Origin: Chthonomonadales bacterium
Lineage (GTDB): Bacteria; Armatimonadota; Chthonomonadetes; Chthonomonadales; CAJBBX01
Assembly (NCBI GenBank): GCA_049967475.1
Contig: JBMFSQ010000001.1
Span: 183,456 to 247,455 of the forward strand
Length of the DNA stretch: 64,000 nt
Direction of reading: 5' to 3'
Shown here: positions 1-8,623 of the stretch, one piece after another
Position numbering within the stretch: the stretch's first letter is position 1
Layout of the letters: every line of letters starts with the position of its first letter
Notes under the pieces: generated by a model
The model's input: the letters and a program-made list of their open reading frames with translations, nothing else
What the model was told of the DNA's origin: nothing
Database searches by the model: none
Made by a program: the position numbers and the translations under genes

Positions 1-740
1 TCACCCAGCGCGTTGTAGCGGAGGCGGTCTGCAGGCGGCACGGTGGGTGCGGGAGGGGACGTCATGAGGCAGCCGAAAAACCCGGCCGGCAGAGTGAGGG
101 GCGCAACGAGATTACCTGTGCGGTCGCTGGAGCCGGAGGATCCGCCGGCCCATCCTACGCCCAGAAAGTTCTCCCACGACAGGGCCAAGGATGCTTCCAC
201 CGGTGCACGGGACACGTTCGTCACGCGGAACACGAAGAGCGCTACGGGAAGGGCGGAATTCTTCAGATCGTGCGGGATCAGGGGTGAGAAGACCCTGAGC
301 GAGAGGGTCACCGGAAGTTCGCGATCCGGATAGCGAAGAAACGCCTGTGGGAACAGTCCGCGGTATTCCAGGTTCGCCACCGTGGGCAGGCCGTACGGCT
401 CCGTACGTCGGAGCGAGCGGACTACGATGCGCCCGCCGGCATTCGTCCATACTGCGGCAAAGCATCCGTTGAGACCGCCTGTAGGGTGAAGCCAGTTGTT
501 GTTGATTGTAGCGTTGATCAACATGCCGTCAGGGCGGAGTTGGAAGGTGCCGCAGCCGATGGATCCGATGGGCACGCCGGACCCCAGCTCAGGAAGACGA
601 ACGGATTGCGTGGAGACCTGGGGCGCTCCGAGAGCTCTAGCGGCAATGGCCATCGCGGCCAAGGCGGCTCCCCACAATGCGCCGCCCTTGGAGGAGCGTT
701 GGCCATCTTTGGTGATGCGATGCCGCCCGAAGCGGTGCAT
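1..740 (-). CDS. Glycoside hydrolase family 116-like protein (GBA2-type beta-glucosidase N-terminal domain); N-terminal part only, continues past the left edge
   Basis: Absent from the ORF track because it is open at the window edge. My translation of the minus strand from ATG 740-738 gives MHRFGRHRITKDG...LPELGSGVPIGSIGCGTFQLRPDGMLINATINNNW...DLKNSALPVALFVFRVTNVSRAPVEASLALSWENFLG. The GxPIGxIGxG and NSxLPVxxF blocks match what I recall of GH116_N. It starts 7 nt after the stop of the upstream gene (747). Confidence 0.55.
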   Translation of the reverse strand, partial: MHRFGRHRITKDGQRSSKGGALWGAALAAMAIAARALGAPQVSTQSVRLPELGSGVPIGSIGCGTFQLRPDGMLINATINNNWLHPTGGLNGCFAAVWTNAGGRIVVRSLRRTEPYGLPTVANLEYRGLFPQAFLRYPDRELPVTLSLRVFSPLIPHDLKNSALPVALFVFRVTNVSRAPVEASLALSWENFLGVGWAGGSSGSSDRTGNLVAPLTLPAGFFGCLMTSPPAPTVPPADRLRYNALG

Positions 741-746
741 CACGCC

Positions 747-2162
747 TTAGCTCTTGCCGGGCGTGGTGGTTTGTGGCGCTGGAGCCGGCGCGGCGCGCTC
801 CACATGGAGGATGTGGCTGGTGCGCCATTCGCGCTTGTGCCACGTGACGCGCGCATGGAGCACATAGTCGCCGGGCTGCGTGGCAGAGGGGATCACCACA
901 AAGAATTGAGGCCGAATGACGCTATCCTGGTGCTGGGACTCGAAGCCCTTCTTGTGCCGCCCTTCGATGACCCATCCTGCTGGAACCTGCAATTCTACAT
1001 CCCCGCGGGTGTACCCCGGCACAGCACATTGGATCTCCACCGTGACGCGTTCCTTGTTCTGATCTGAAGGGAAGGCCGGCTCGGGGGATGCACTCATCGT
1101 GAGGACGAAGGGTTCCACCACCTGAAAGCTGGCAGTGGCGTGCACCGAGCGACCGTTGGCAAGTTCTGCCGAGGCGCTCAATTGGTAGAAGCCCGGCACG
1201 GCGGTGTCTGGAAGGCGGCATGAATAGCGAAGTTTGAGGGATTTGCGGGGATTGACCGGAGGAACATTCGGGTTCCGCTCGGAGAGGAGGATATCCGCAG
1301 CTGCTCCGTCCCCCGACCATGCCACCCAGCGTATCGGTATCGGCTCATCAGAACCGGGGATGAGTTCAAGGGTCGCGTTGAGGGTGCCGCCCGGGATCAC
1401 ACGCTGGTCTTCCAACGTAAGCCTCGGCGACACTCCAGGCGCTCCCGTGACGCGGGCATCCACCAGATCAACATCCACGAGCAGGTGCGGTTCATAGGGC
1501 GGGGTAGGCGTAGGCACTTGCCCGGCCGGCAGGAAGTCCGCCCGGAAGCCGATGGTGGCATTCGCGCGCGGCATAAGACCGGCAATGCCTTTAGGCACGG
1601 CCAGTTCGATTACGTAATTGCTTCCCGTGGCCTTGGCGGCGATCTGGATTGCTTTCGTGTCTACCACACGGTCGTTCCACACCGGCTGATCCTTGCCGCT
1701 GGCTGCATCCAGAATGCGGGCCGTTATCGGGGGCATGACGCCTGCCGTTACAGGCGCCACCGTGATCTCGAGATTATCCGCGCCCCGTAGCCAGCCGTCG
1801 TCGTTGGCGTCTATGTCGAAGATTGCCCAGGCAGGCTGGTCGGTCTTGGCGGCAATGTAGAGGTAATCGTCATCCCAATTCAGGTATACCGTGCCTGTGA
1901 CGGGCCCGTCGCTGATGGTGTAGAGCGGGTCCCACTCCCCCTCGGCGATGATGCCGTCGAGGACAGGGCGCCGCTTGAGGCGTTGGCGGTCGAAGGGGTA
2001 GCGGGGCCGCTCCCGGTAGTTCACGGAGAACTGTTTCGGCGCTTCCTGAGGTTGCGCGGCTGGGGCATTGCCTTCCTGGGCCATTGCAGGCGTCGGGCAG
2101 CCAGGCGAACACAAAATCAGTAAAAAGAGGCACAACGAGAGGGCAGATGAGGCTGACGACAC
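747..2162 (-). CDS. Secreted protein with a CBM9/DOMON-like carbohydrate-binding domain and CARDB/NEW3-like beta-sandwich repeats
   Basis: ORF 747..2207. Signal peptide SSALSLCLFLLILCSPGCPTPAMAQ. YLNWDDDYLYIAAKT and DIDANDDGW look CBM9-like. VELQVPAGWVIEG and ATQPGDYVLHARV look NEW3/CARDB-like. Start moved to GTG 2162 (GAGG 7 nt upstream) because the promoter at 2226-2198 fires downstream of the 2207 start. Confidence 0.6.
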   Translation of the reverse strand: MSSASSALSLCLFLLILCSPGCPTPAMAQEGNAPAAQPQEAPKQFSVNYRERPRYPFDRQRLKRRPVLDGIIAEGEWDPLYTISDGPVTGTVYLNWDDDYLYIAAKTDQPAWAIFDIDANDDGWLRGADNLEITVAPVTAGVMPPITARILDAASGKDQPVWNDRVVDTKAIQIAAKATGSNYVIELAVPKGIAGLMPRANATIGFRADFLPAGQVPTPTPPYEPHLLVDVDLVDARVTGAPGVSPRLTLEDQRVIPGGTLNATLELIPGSDEPIPIRWVAWSGDGAAADILLSERNPNVPPVNPRKSLKLRYSCRLPDTAVPGFYQLSASAELANGRSVHATASFQVVEPFVLTMSASPEPAFPSDQNKERVTVEIQCAVPGYTRGDVELQVPAGWVIEGRHKKGFESQHQDSVIRPQFFVVIPSATQPGDYVLHARVTWHKREWRTSHILHVERAAPAPAPQTTTPGKS

Positions 2163-2197
2163 GACGGCACCTCGCTTCGGGGAGATGATGTGGATAC

Positions 2198-2226
2198 ACT
2201 CTAACACGTTTGAGCGAGCGTGTCAA
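2198..2226 (-). promoter_or_regulatory. Sigma70-type promoter TTGACA-17-TAGAGT for the CBM9-like gene
   Basis: The minus strand reads cTTGACAcgctcgctcaaacgtgtTAGAGTgtatcc. The -35 is at 2226-2221 and the -10 at 2203-2198. Confidence 0.6.
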
Positions 2227-2238
2227 GCAGGGCGGAGT

Positions 2239-2267
2239 TTGACATGGAGCCCTGCAGCCGCTATAAT
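2239..2267 (+). promoter_or_regulatory. Perfect-consensus sigma70 promoter TTGACA-17-TATAAT for the PRC/MgtE_N/CBS gene
   Basis: gtTTGACAtggagccctgcagccgcTATAATtcc. The expected TSS is about 20 nt before ATG 2294. Confidence 0.7.
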
Positions 2268-2293
2268 TCCCCAGGTATGACATTTCATCGTCT

Positions 2294-3580
2294 ATGATCA
2301 AATACCTTACCGAACTCCTGGGCCGTCGCGTTGTGGATGCCGACGGTATCGCCCTTGGCCGAGTGTCGGAGGCTATCGCCGAGCAGGGTAACCGCTTCCC
2401 GGCAGTTGCGGCCCTCGGTGTGCGCACGGCAAGCGGGGTACTTTGGGTTCCCTTCGCGGTCGTAGATACCAGTAATCCCGTCTTTCGCCTTCGGGTGCGC
2501 CGGGATGAACTCGTACCCTATGAGCCCAAAGAAGGAAGCCTGTACCTTCGGCGCGACATTCTGGATAAGCAGATTGTTGACGTCCACGATTACCGCGTGG
2601 TGCGCGTCAACGACGTGCGCCTGGCACCCTGCGGGGATCGCCTGTGCGTGATCGGCGTGGATGCGGGCTTCCGGGCCCTGGTACGGCGCGCGGGTATCGG
2701 GCCGGTGGTGGAAGCCCTGGCGCGCCTGGTGGGCAGGCCGCTGCAAGCGAACCTCATCGGTTGGGACGATGTGGAAACGTTCGAGCCTGATGCTGCGGGC
2801 GGAGGGCGCATCAGGCTCAAGGTTCCCCATGAGAAGATCTCCCGCCTTCATCCTGCAGATATCGCCGACATCGTGGAGCAGCTCGATCCTCAGCAGCGTA
2901 CGGAGGTCATCGAGGCGCTGGATGTAGAGACTGCCGCCGATACCATCGAGGAGATGGAGGACGAAGAGGCGGCTCAGGTTATGGCGGCCCTGAAGGAGGA
3001 GAAGGCTGCCGACATCCTCGAAGAAATGGATCCCGATGAAGCTGCGGACGTGTTGGGAGATCTCTCCAACAGCCGGACCGAGGAACTTCTGGAACATATG
3101 GCGCCCGAGGTTGCAGCCGACGTAAAAGAGCTCATCGGATATGATGAGGAGACCGCCGGCGGCCTCATGACGCCGGAGTTCATCGCCATTCCCGGCCATC
3201 TCACTGCCGCACAGACTATTGAGAGGCTCAGAGAGCTTGCTCCCAAGGCGGAGACCATCTACTACGTGTACGTGGTGGACGAAGACGGGCATCTTGCCGG
3301 CGTCATCTCCCTCAGGGATCTTATCGTAGCCGACCCCGACACGCCGATCCAGGACGTCATGGTACGGAATGTGCGCTACGCCCACACGAGTGACCATGCG
3401 GACGACGTGGCTCAGGTGATCAGCCGTTACAACCTTCTCGCTCTGCCGGTGGTAGATGAGGATCATGTGCTCCAGGGGATCATCACGGTGGATGACATCA
3501 TGGAGCGACTTGCGCCGCCCGAGCGCCGGCGAAAGCTGCCGCAGGTGGCCGTAGAAGAAGAGCCCCAGAGGCAGCAATAG
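2294..3580 (+). CDS. Soluble PRC-barrel + MgtE N-terminal domain + tandem CBS domain protein (no MgtE membrane domain)
   Basis: 428 aa. The N-terminus LLGRRVVDADGIALGRV is PRC-barrel-like. The acidic helical repeats EEAAQVMAALKEEKAADILEEMDPDEAADVLGDL...LLEHMAPEVAADVKELI are typical of MgtE_N. GGLMTPEFIAIPGHLTAAQ...YVYVVDEDGHLAGVISLRDL...LLALPVVDEDHVLQGIITVDDI forms a CBS pair. The protein ends without any TM segments. Confidence 0.8.
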   Translation: MIKYLTELLGRRVVDADGIALGRVSEAIAEQGNRFPAVAALGVRTASGVLWVPFAVVDTSNPVFRLRVRRDELVPYEPKEGSLYLRRDILDKQIVDVHDYRVVRVNDVRLAPCGDRLCVIGVDAGFRALVRRAGIGPVVEALARLVGRPLQANLIGWDDVETFEPDAAGGGRIRLKVPHEKISRLHPADIADIVEQLDPQQRTEVIEALDVETAADTIEEMEDEEAAQVMAALKEEKAADILEEMDPDEAADVLGDLSNSRTEELLEHMAPEVAADVKELIGYDEETAGGLMTPEFIAIPGHLTAAQTIERLRELAPKAETIYYVYVVDEDGHLAGVISLRDLIVADPDTPIQDVMVRNVRYAHTSDHADDVAQVISRYNLLALPVVDEDHVLQGIITVDDIMERLAPPERRRKLPQVAVEEEPQRQQ

Positions 3581-3609
3581 GCCGCGCACTGCGGGCTTGT
3601 CCTCGCCGC

Positions 3610-4887
3610 ATGTGTGCCGAGGCCGGCGTTAACCGAGTTCCGTTCATGGCAATGGAGCATGCTGAAGCCCCCAAGCCCTCCATCGGCGGCTTGGCTGTAA
3701 CCCTGGTGGGGTTAGCTGTGCTGCTGGTGGTCCCCATGCTCGCCTGGCAACGTACCGAGAGCATCCGCGAGCGCATCGAGGAGGATGTAGACCCGGCCCG
3801 CCACCGCATCGGCATTGCCATCGAGACGGCGAACCGGGCCAGAAGCGTAGCCTTCTACTATCTTTTCACACGCGATCGGGAATATGCGCTGCGGTACGCG
3901 GATCTCGTAACCGAATGGCGCCGCTGGAGCGCCGATGATGCGCGCATCGCCCGATGCGGCCCCGAAGTAGAGCACGCCTGGCGCGCAGGCACGGGAGAGC
4001 TGAACCTTTGGTTTGCCCGTTACGGTAGCGAGTACATTCGCACGGGCCGGCACAGAAACCTTCCCGAGGCGGACCGGCAGTTTCTGCGCGGAGAAGCCCT
4101 GTTGGCCTCAGCGCGCACGCAGGCAGACAAGCTTTCCCTTCTGCTCCGGAGCCGTGCTGGGTCGGTAAGCCACGCAGAAGTCGCCGTGAGCGCCGCCATG
4201 GCGATGATCAGCTTGCTCGTGGCAGCCTTCGCTTGGGAGGATGCCCGTAGCCGCCGCGTGCTCTGGATGCGCGAACGAGACGCTGCCGAGAGGCTGAGGC
4301 TGGCCGTCCGTGAAATCAACCACCGCGTGAAAAACAACCTGCAAGTGATTGCCGCCCTGCTGGACATGCACCTCATGGAGGAGGCCGAGGCAGTGCATCG
4401 CAGCCGCCTGGAAGAACTTCTACGGCAGGTGCGGGCTATGGCCGCCGTGCACGAATTCCTTAGCCGGGGGCCTGCCGGAGATCAGGTGCCGGCCGGAGCC
4501 GTTCTGGAGCGCCTCGTGGAACTTGCAGGCAAGCCTTGCGGGCTGGCCGCTAGTGTTCAAAGCGAAAACATCCTTCTCACAATCAAGCAAGCCAACGCCC
4601 TGGCCCTCATCGTGAATGAATTGCTCCTAAATGCTTCAAAGCATGGGGCCACGGCGGTTCGAGTGAGGCTCCAAGACGGCGCCGGCCACGTCCGCCTGAC
4701 GGTGGGTGACAATGGCCCAGGCTTCGAGCCGGGCTTCGAAATGGCAAAGGATGCTGCCGTAGGTCTTTCCCTGGTGCGAACCCTTGCCGAGCATGATCTG
4801 CGTGGAGAGCTCCACCTGTACAACGATGGCGGCGCCGTGGTGGAGGTGTCGTTTCCACTGGTGAGGCGCGAAGGAATGGGCGCTTAG
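3610..4887 (+). CDS. Membrane sensor histidine kinase, HisKA_2/HWE-like type
   Basis: H-box INHRVKNNLQVIAALLDMH. ATPase motifs NELLLNASKHG and GDNGPGF. Two hydrophobic segments (GGLAVTLVGLAVLLVVPMLAW, AVSAAMAMISLLVAAFAW) flank a periplasmic-type helical region. The start is uncertain (ATG 3610, 3646 or 3652). It lies 29 nt after the upstream gene. Confidence 0.8.
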   Translation: MCAEAGVNRVPFMAMEHAEAPKPSIGGLAVTLVGLAVLLVVPMLAWQRTESIRERIEEDVDPARHRIGIAIETANRARSVAFYYLFTRDREYALRYADLVTEWRRWSADDARIARCGPEVEHAWRAGTGELNLWFARYGSEYIRTGRHRNLPEADRQFLRGEALLASARTQADKLSLLLRSRAGSVSHAEVAVSAAMAMISLLVAAFAWEDARSRRVLWMRERDAAERLRLAVREINHRVKNNLQVIAALLDMHLMEEAEAVHRSRLEELLRQVRAMAAVHEFLSRGPAGDQVPAGAVLERLVELAGKPCGLAASVQSENILLTIKQANALALIVNELLLNASKHGATAVRVRLQDGAGHVRLTVGDNGPGFEPGFEMAKDAAVGLSLVRTLAEHDLRGELHLYNDGGAVVEVSFPLVRREGMGA

Positions 4888-5059
4888 CCGGTGGCGCTAA
4901 GGGGTTGGCAGCGGATCTTGCACACTGTGCGGCACGGTGAAGGCCGGCGAATGGTGTCCCTACCCCATCATCCCAAAACCCTGAGGGAGGGCCACAGCCC
5001 GTGTTGCACGAATTAGCCTCACGGAGTGTTCCAGCAGGAGAAAGGAGCGGAGGACTGAG

Positions 5060-6121
5060 ATGGCGGCGAAGTACCGCGTTGGGATTATCGGAACAGGCCG
5101 GCCTTGGAAGAGCCCCGGGGCAACCGGCTTCGGAATGGCGCACGGGCACGCGCGAGGATACCTGAAGACGGGCCGCTGTGAATTGACGGCAATCGCGGAC
5201 GTGAATGCAGAGAATGCAGAAGCCTTTGCCAAGGAATACGGGAGTCCTGCCATATACAGCGACTATACCCAGATGCTGAAACGCGAGCGTTTGGACATCG
5301 TCAGCATCTGCACCTGGCCGGCGCTCCATGCACCCATGGTAAGGGCATGCGCCGAAGCCGGCGTGCGGGCCGTCCATTGCGAGAAGCCGATGGCTCTTCG
5401 CTGGGGGGAAGCTCGTGCCATGCATGAGGCTTGTGTGCAGAATGGGGTGCAGCTCACGTTCAATCATCAACGGCGCTTCCTTCAGCCGTTCCAGACGGCT
5501 CGGGAGATGCTGGACGAAGGGGCGATCGGAACGCTTCTGCGGATCGAGGGTCAGTGCGCCGACCTGTTCGATTGGGGGACGCACTGGTTCGATATGTTCT
5601 TTTACTACAATCATGATCAAGATGCGGAGTGGGTCCTCGGCCAGATAGATGCGCGCCGAACGCGGCTCGTCTTTGGAGCGCCGGTGGAGGACCAGGGCGT
5701 CAGTCTCTTCAAGTTCCGCAACGGCGTGCGGGCTTTGCTCGTTACGGGTTATGATGCGGACATCGGGTGCGCCAACCGCCTGATCGGAACCGACGGTGTC
5801 ATCGAGATAGGGTGGGAGGCTCCCTGGCTGCGCTATCACGCTCGCTCAGGCGGCTGGCGCGAGGTGGAGATGACCGAGGGCATCCACGACCCAGTGGGCC
5901 TTGAGCGCGCCATGGCGGATGTGGTGTCCTCGCTTGATCAGGGCCTGCGCCCTCTTCTCTCCAGTTTCAACGCCATTCGCAGTACGGAGGTCCTTTTCGC
6001 CACATATGAATCCGCCAGGGTGCGTGGCCGCATTGATCTGCCGCTTACGAACCCCGAGGCGGGGTTGGCGCCTATGCTCGAAGCAGGTGCGGCGGATCCA
6101 CACGCTTCGCAGCCGCGTTGA
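5060..6121 (+). CDS. Gfo/Idh/MocA family oxidoreductase
   Basis: N-terminal Rossmann motif YRVGIIGTGRPW. VHCEKPMA motif. Strong SD caGGAGAAAGGAGcGGAGGactgagATG. Confidence 0.85.
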   Translation: MAAKYRVGIIGTGRPWKSPGATGFGMAHGHARGYLKTGRCELTAIADVNAENAEAFAKEYGSPAIYSDYTQMLKRERLDIVSICTWPALHAPMVRACAEAGVRAVHCEKPMALRWGEARAMHEACVQNGVQLTFNHQRRFLQPFQTAREMLDEGAIGTLLRIEGQCADLFDWGTHWFDMFFYYNHDQDAEWVLGQIDARRTRLVFGAPVEDQGVSLFKFRNGVRALLVTGYDADIGCANRLIGTDGVIEIGWEAPWLRYHARSGGWREVEMTEGIHDPVGLERAMADVVSSLDQGLRPLLSSFNAIRSTEVLFATYESARVRGRIDLPLTNPEAGLAPMLEAGAADPHASQPR

Positions 6122-6153
6122 GCGACATTATTTGGCGCCGGATCGGGAGGCAC

Positions 6154-8091
6154 CTACGCTGAGGACGCGTGTTTTCGTTCCGTTTGGAGCCGCCGAACCT
6201 TCTGGAGCATCTCCATGAGGTCTGCCCGGGATGGAGCCTTCGCCAGCCCGGCAGAAAGGGTCGCGGCGGCGCCATCCAGGTCGCCGAGGTGGATTTGGGC
6301 TTCGGCGAGCTTGCTGTAGGCGAGCCCCACCCAGCCGGCGCGCCGGACGCACAGCGCGAATTCGTTTCGGGCCTCGGGCCACTTCCCGAGGTGGGCGTAA
6401 GCCGTCCCCAGGGCTGCGTGCAAGTCCGTGCGTTTGGGCTGGCCCGCCAAGGCTCGTGCGAAGTAGCGCACGGCTTTGGCGTATTCCTTGCGGTGCAGGG
6501 CGATATAGCCGAAACCCTCGCTGGCGCCGGCGTTTGCCGGATCGAGGAGGTCGGAAGCTTGGAAGCATGCCAAGGCGCCGTCGTCATCTTTGCGTTGCTC
6601 CCGCGCGAAGCCCAGTTGCGCAAAGATAGCCCCCAGCCATTGTTCGGGTCGAACGAAGTTTCCCTGATTGTCGGCCACGCGTCTTCGCACACTCTCATCC
6701 TGATGGAAGACCTGCCAGGCCGATTGAGGATTGCGCCAGGCGTTGGACCCATACAGCAGCGTGAGAAGCGCCTCCATCTGCCGTTCTGCCGCTTGGCTCT
6801 GGTGATCGTTCAGAAGCTCCGCTGCAAGGTTCATACGGGCAATGATGCTGTAGGGATCGTAGCGTACGGTAGTGCCGAAGAGCGTGCGTGCATCCTTCCA
6901 TTGGCCGACGCCCCACAGGGTTAGGGCCGCATACCACACAAAGAACGCTCCTGCCGCGGACCATCGGAGGGTCGCGCGAAGTGCGTTTCCCCGCGCGTAC
7001 CCGATGCTGTTGATGGCCCATGCCAGAAGGGCAGCCACCCCGATGCCCGTGATGCCGACGCGATATGGAGCTACCAGGAGCGAGGGCAGCGGCAGGAAAT
7101 TGAGCACGGGCAGGGCCGAGAGCCAAATGAAGATAAGGAACCATGCGGCTGTGCATTCCCTTCGTTTCAATAGACTGGCGAGAAGCCACAGACTTCCGGC
7201 GAGGGCGGCGCTGCCTATCGCAAGAGACCACACTGGGTGGTGTTCGAACCATCCCAGGCAGAATGTGTGCAGCCATCGGGGCGACGGTGCGATGAAGAGG
7301 AGTGTGTAGTACGTTACAGATTGGAGCCCTTCGGCAACCTGGCTTGCAAGGCTCGCAGGCAGTGCGGCCGGCCGGGGAGGTCCGATGGCCATCCAAGTGG
7401 CAACGTACAATGCTGCAATGAGCAGCGACGGCGTCATGACTGCGGCTAGGGTGCGCATCTTTTCGGTCCGGGGGGACGTCTCGAACCAGAGGATTGCCAG
7501 AGCGGTGCACGGAAGGAGAGCCAGAGCCTGTTCCTTCGTAAAGATGGCGGCTCCAAACGCGGCAACTGCGGCTGCGTAGAGCAACGCGCGTTTGCCCCCT
7601 TGCTTCTTCGATGCGGCGAACAGAGCCCAGGCGTAAAGGCAAACGAAGAGGCTGCACAGCGCGTCGGTACGGCCGCCGATCCACGCCGTTGTGCTCACCT
7701 GGGCCGGTTGAACCGCGAAAAGGAGGCTGCCCAGGAGCGCGATGCGCCAGCGGCCAAACGCAGCGTAGAGCGTGCCGATCAGGGCCAGAGTGGTAAGCAC
7801 ATGGATCAGGATATTCGTTTGGTGGTAGCCCAGCGGGGTAGTAGACCACATCAGGTGGTCTAAGAAGAAGGTTACGGACACGAGCGGGCGGTAATAATGT
7901 TCCAGGAATGGCTGCGTGAAGCACGAAGCGAACGAATGGCCTCCTCCGATGCCGGATCCGCCCACCAGCACGTGGTCATCCCAGATCATCATCCCCTGCA
8001 GGGCCGAGCTGTAGACCCCTGCGGCAATTACGATGATGGCAATGACGGCTGCGGCGATGCGGTATTCACGGCCAGCTTCTTGCGTGGTCAT
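6154..8091 (-). CDS. Multi-pass membrane protein with C-terminal TPR repeats (TMTC/PMT-like glycosyltransferase-fold family)
   Basis: 645 aa. About 10 hydrophobic segments. N-terminal MIWDDHVLV...YYRPLVSVTFFLDHLMW...GYHQTNILIHV is typical of DUF1736/TMTC-like proteins. The C-terminal third has TPR-like repeats (ALACFQASDLLDPANAGA, YAKAVRYFARALAGQP, LGKWPEARNEFALCV). Confidence 0.7.
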   Translation of the reverse strand: MTTQEAGREYRIAAAVIAIIVIAAGVYSSALQGMMIWDDHVLVGGSGIGGGHSFASCFTQPFLEHYYRPLVSVTFFLDHLMWSTTPLGYHQTNILIHVLTTLALIGTLYAAFGRWRIALLGSLLFAVQPAQVSTTAWIGGRTDALCSLFVCLYAWALFAASKKQGGKRALLYAAAVAAFGAAIFTKEQALALLPCTALAILWFETSPRTEKMRTLAAVMTPSLLIAALYVATWMAIGPPRPAALPASLASQVAEGLQSVTYYTLLFIAPSPRWLHTFCLGWFEHHPVWSLAIGSAALAGSLWLLASLLKRRECTAAWFLIFIWLSALPVLNFLPLPSLLVAPYRVGITGIGVAALLAWAINSIGYARGNALRATLRWSAAGAFFVWYAALTLWGVGQWKDARTLFGTTVRYDPYSIIARMNLAAELLNDHQSQAAERQMEALLTLLYGSNAWRNPQSAWQVFHQDESVRRRVADNQGNFVRPEQWLGAIFAQLGFAREQRKDDDGALACFQASDLLDPANAGASEGFGYIALHRKEYAKAVRYFARALAGQPKRTDLHAALGTAYAHLGKWPEARNEFALCVRRAGWVGLAYSKLAEAQIHLGDLDGAAATLSAGLAKAPSRADLMEMLQKVRRLQTERKHASSA

Positions 8092-8284
8092 TTCGTTCTA
8101 TCCCGTTAGGCGGCGTGCCGCGCGCCGGCGCGGATGGGCGGCCGGAAGCAACTCCTTCAGATCTCTTATGCCATAATGAGGCGAGTTCTTTAGATGCATC
8201 GCGGGGGGCGCTAAGCCATACCGGATGACACTCTGAAACTTGCCTAGGCTTCAGGTCGTAATGCCATTGAATAAGGAGGGCGCC

Positions 8285-8467
8285 ATGGATCCTCGCAATA
8301 TATGGCATTGGGTGCTTTTGGCGGTAGGCATCTATCTCGTCATTGGGCTGCTCTCGTGGCTGTTCCACATGGTGATGTATCTGCTGCACTTCGCCATTGT
8401 GGTTCTCATCGTCGTGGGGGTGGTGTATCTGCTCACGAACATGTTTGGGCGCCGCAGCATCACCTGA
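8285..8467 (+). CDS. Small two-TM membrane protein, hypothetical (60 aa)
   Basis: MDPRNIWHWVLLAVGIYLVIGLLSWLFHMVMYLLHFAIVVLIVVGVVYLLTNMFGRRSIT. AAGGAGG lies 6 nt upstream of ATG 8285. The ORF-track start at 8240 has no SD. Confidence 0.6.
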   Translation: MDPRNIWHWVLLAVGIYLVIGLLSWLFHMVMYLLHFAIVVLIVVGVVYLLTNMFGRRSIT

Positions 8468-8533
8468 AGCCGCACGTCTGCGAGTTTGTGAAGTAGCAGG
8501 GTACCTGCGTCGCTCCGGCGCGCGGGCCCCGGG

Positions 8534-8563
8534 TTTACACCAGCCCTCATGCTGCGCTATACT
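8534..8563 (+). promoter_or_regulatory. Sigma70-type promoter TTTACA-18-TATACT for DAHP synthase
   Basis: ggTTTACAccagccctcatgctgcgcTATACTgca. It lies inside the over-extended ORF 8549..9655, which supports the ATG 8624 start. Confidence 0.55.
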
Positions 8564-8623
8564 GCAGGGCGGGGGCGGCGCAGACAAAAGCATCCTACGA
8601 CCGCTGCCGCAGCAGAGCACCTT

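Noticed and set aside
2285-3589. 434-aa minus-strand ORF covering the whole PRC/MgtE_N/CBS gene
   Set aside because: This is an antisense shadow ORF typical of high-GC DNA. The product is Arg/His/Gly-rich with no recognisable motifs, while the plus strand encodes clear MgtE_N and CBS domains.
4607-5839. 410-aa minus-strand ORF opposite the histidine kinase 3' end and the Gfo/Idh/MocA gene
   Set aside because: Shadow ORF with Arg/Pro-rich junk composition. The plus-strand genes have clear family motifs and strong SDs.
6695-7924. 409-aa second minus-frame ORF inside the TPR membrane protein gene (the 419-aa ORF 17385..18644 inside the sulfatase and EamA genes is similar)
   Set aside because: These are alternative frames of real genes with Arg/Pro/Gly-rich low-complexity products. 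They do not fit the packing of neighbouring genes.
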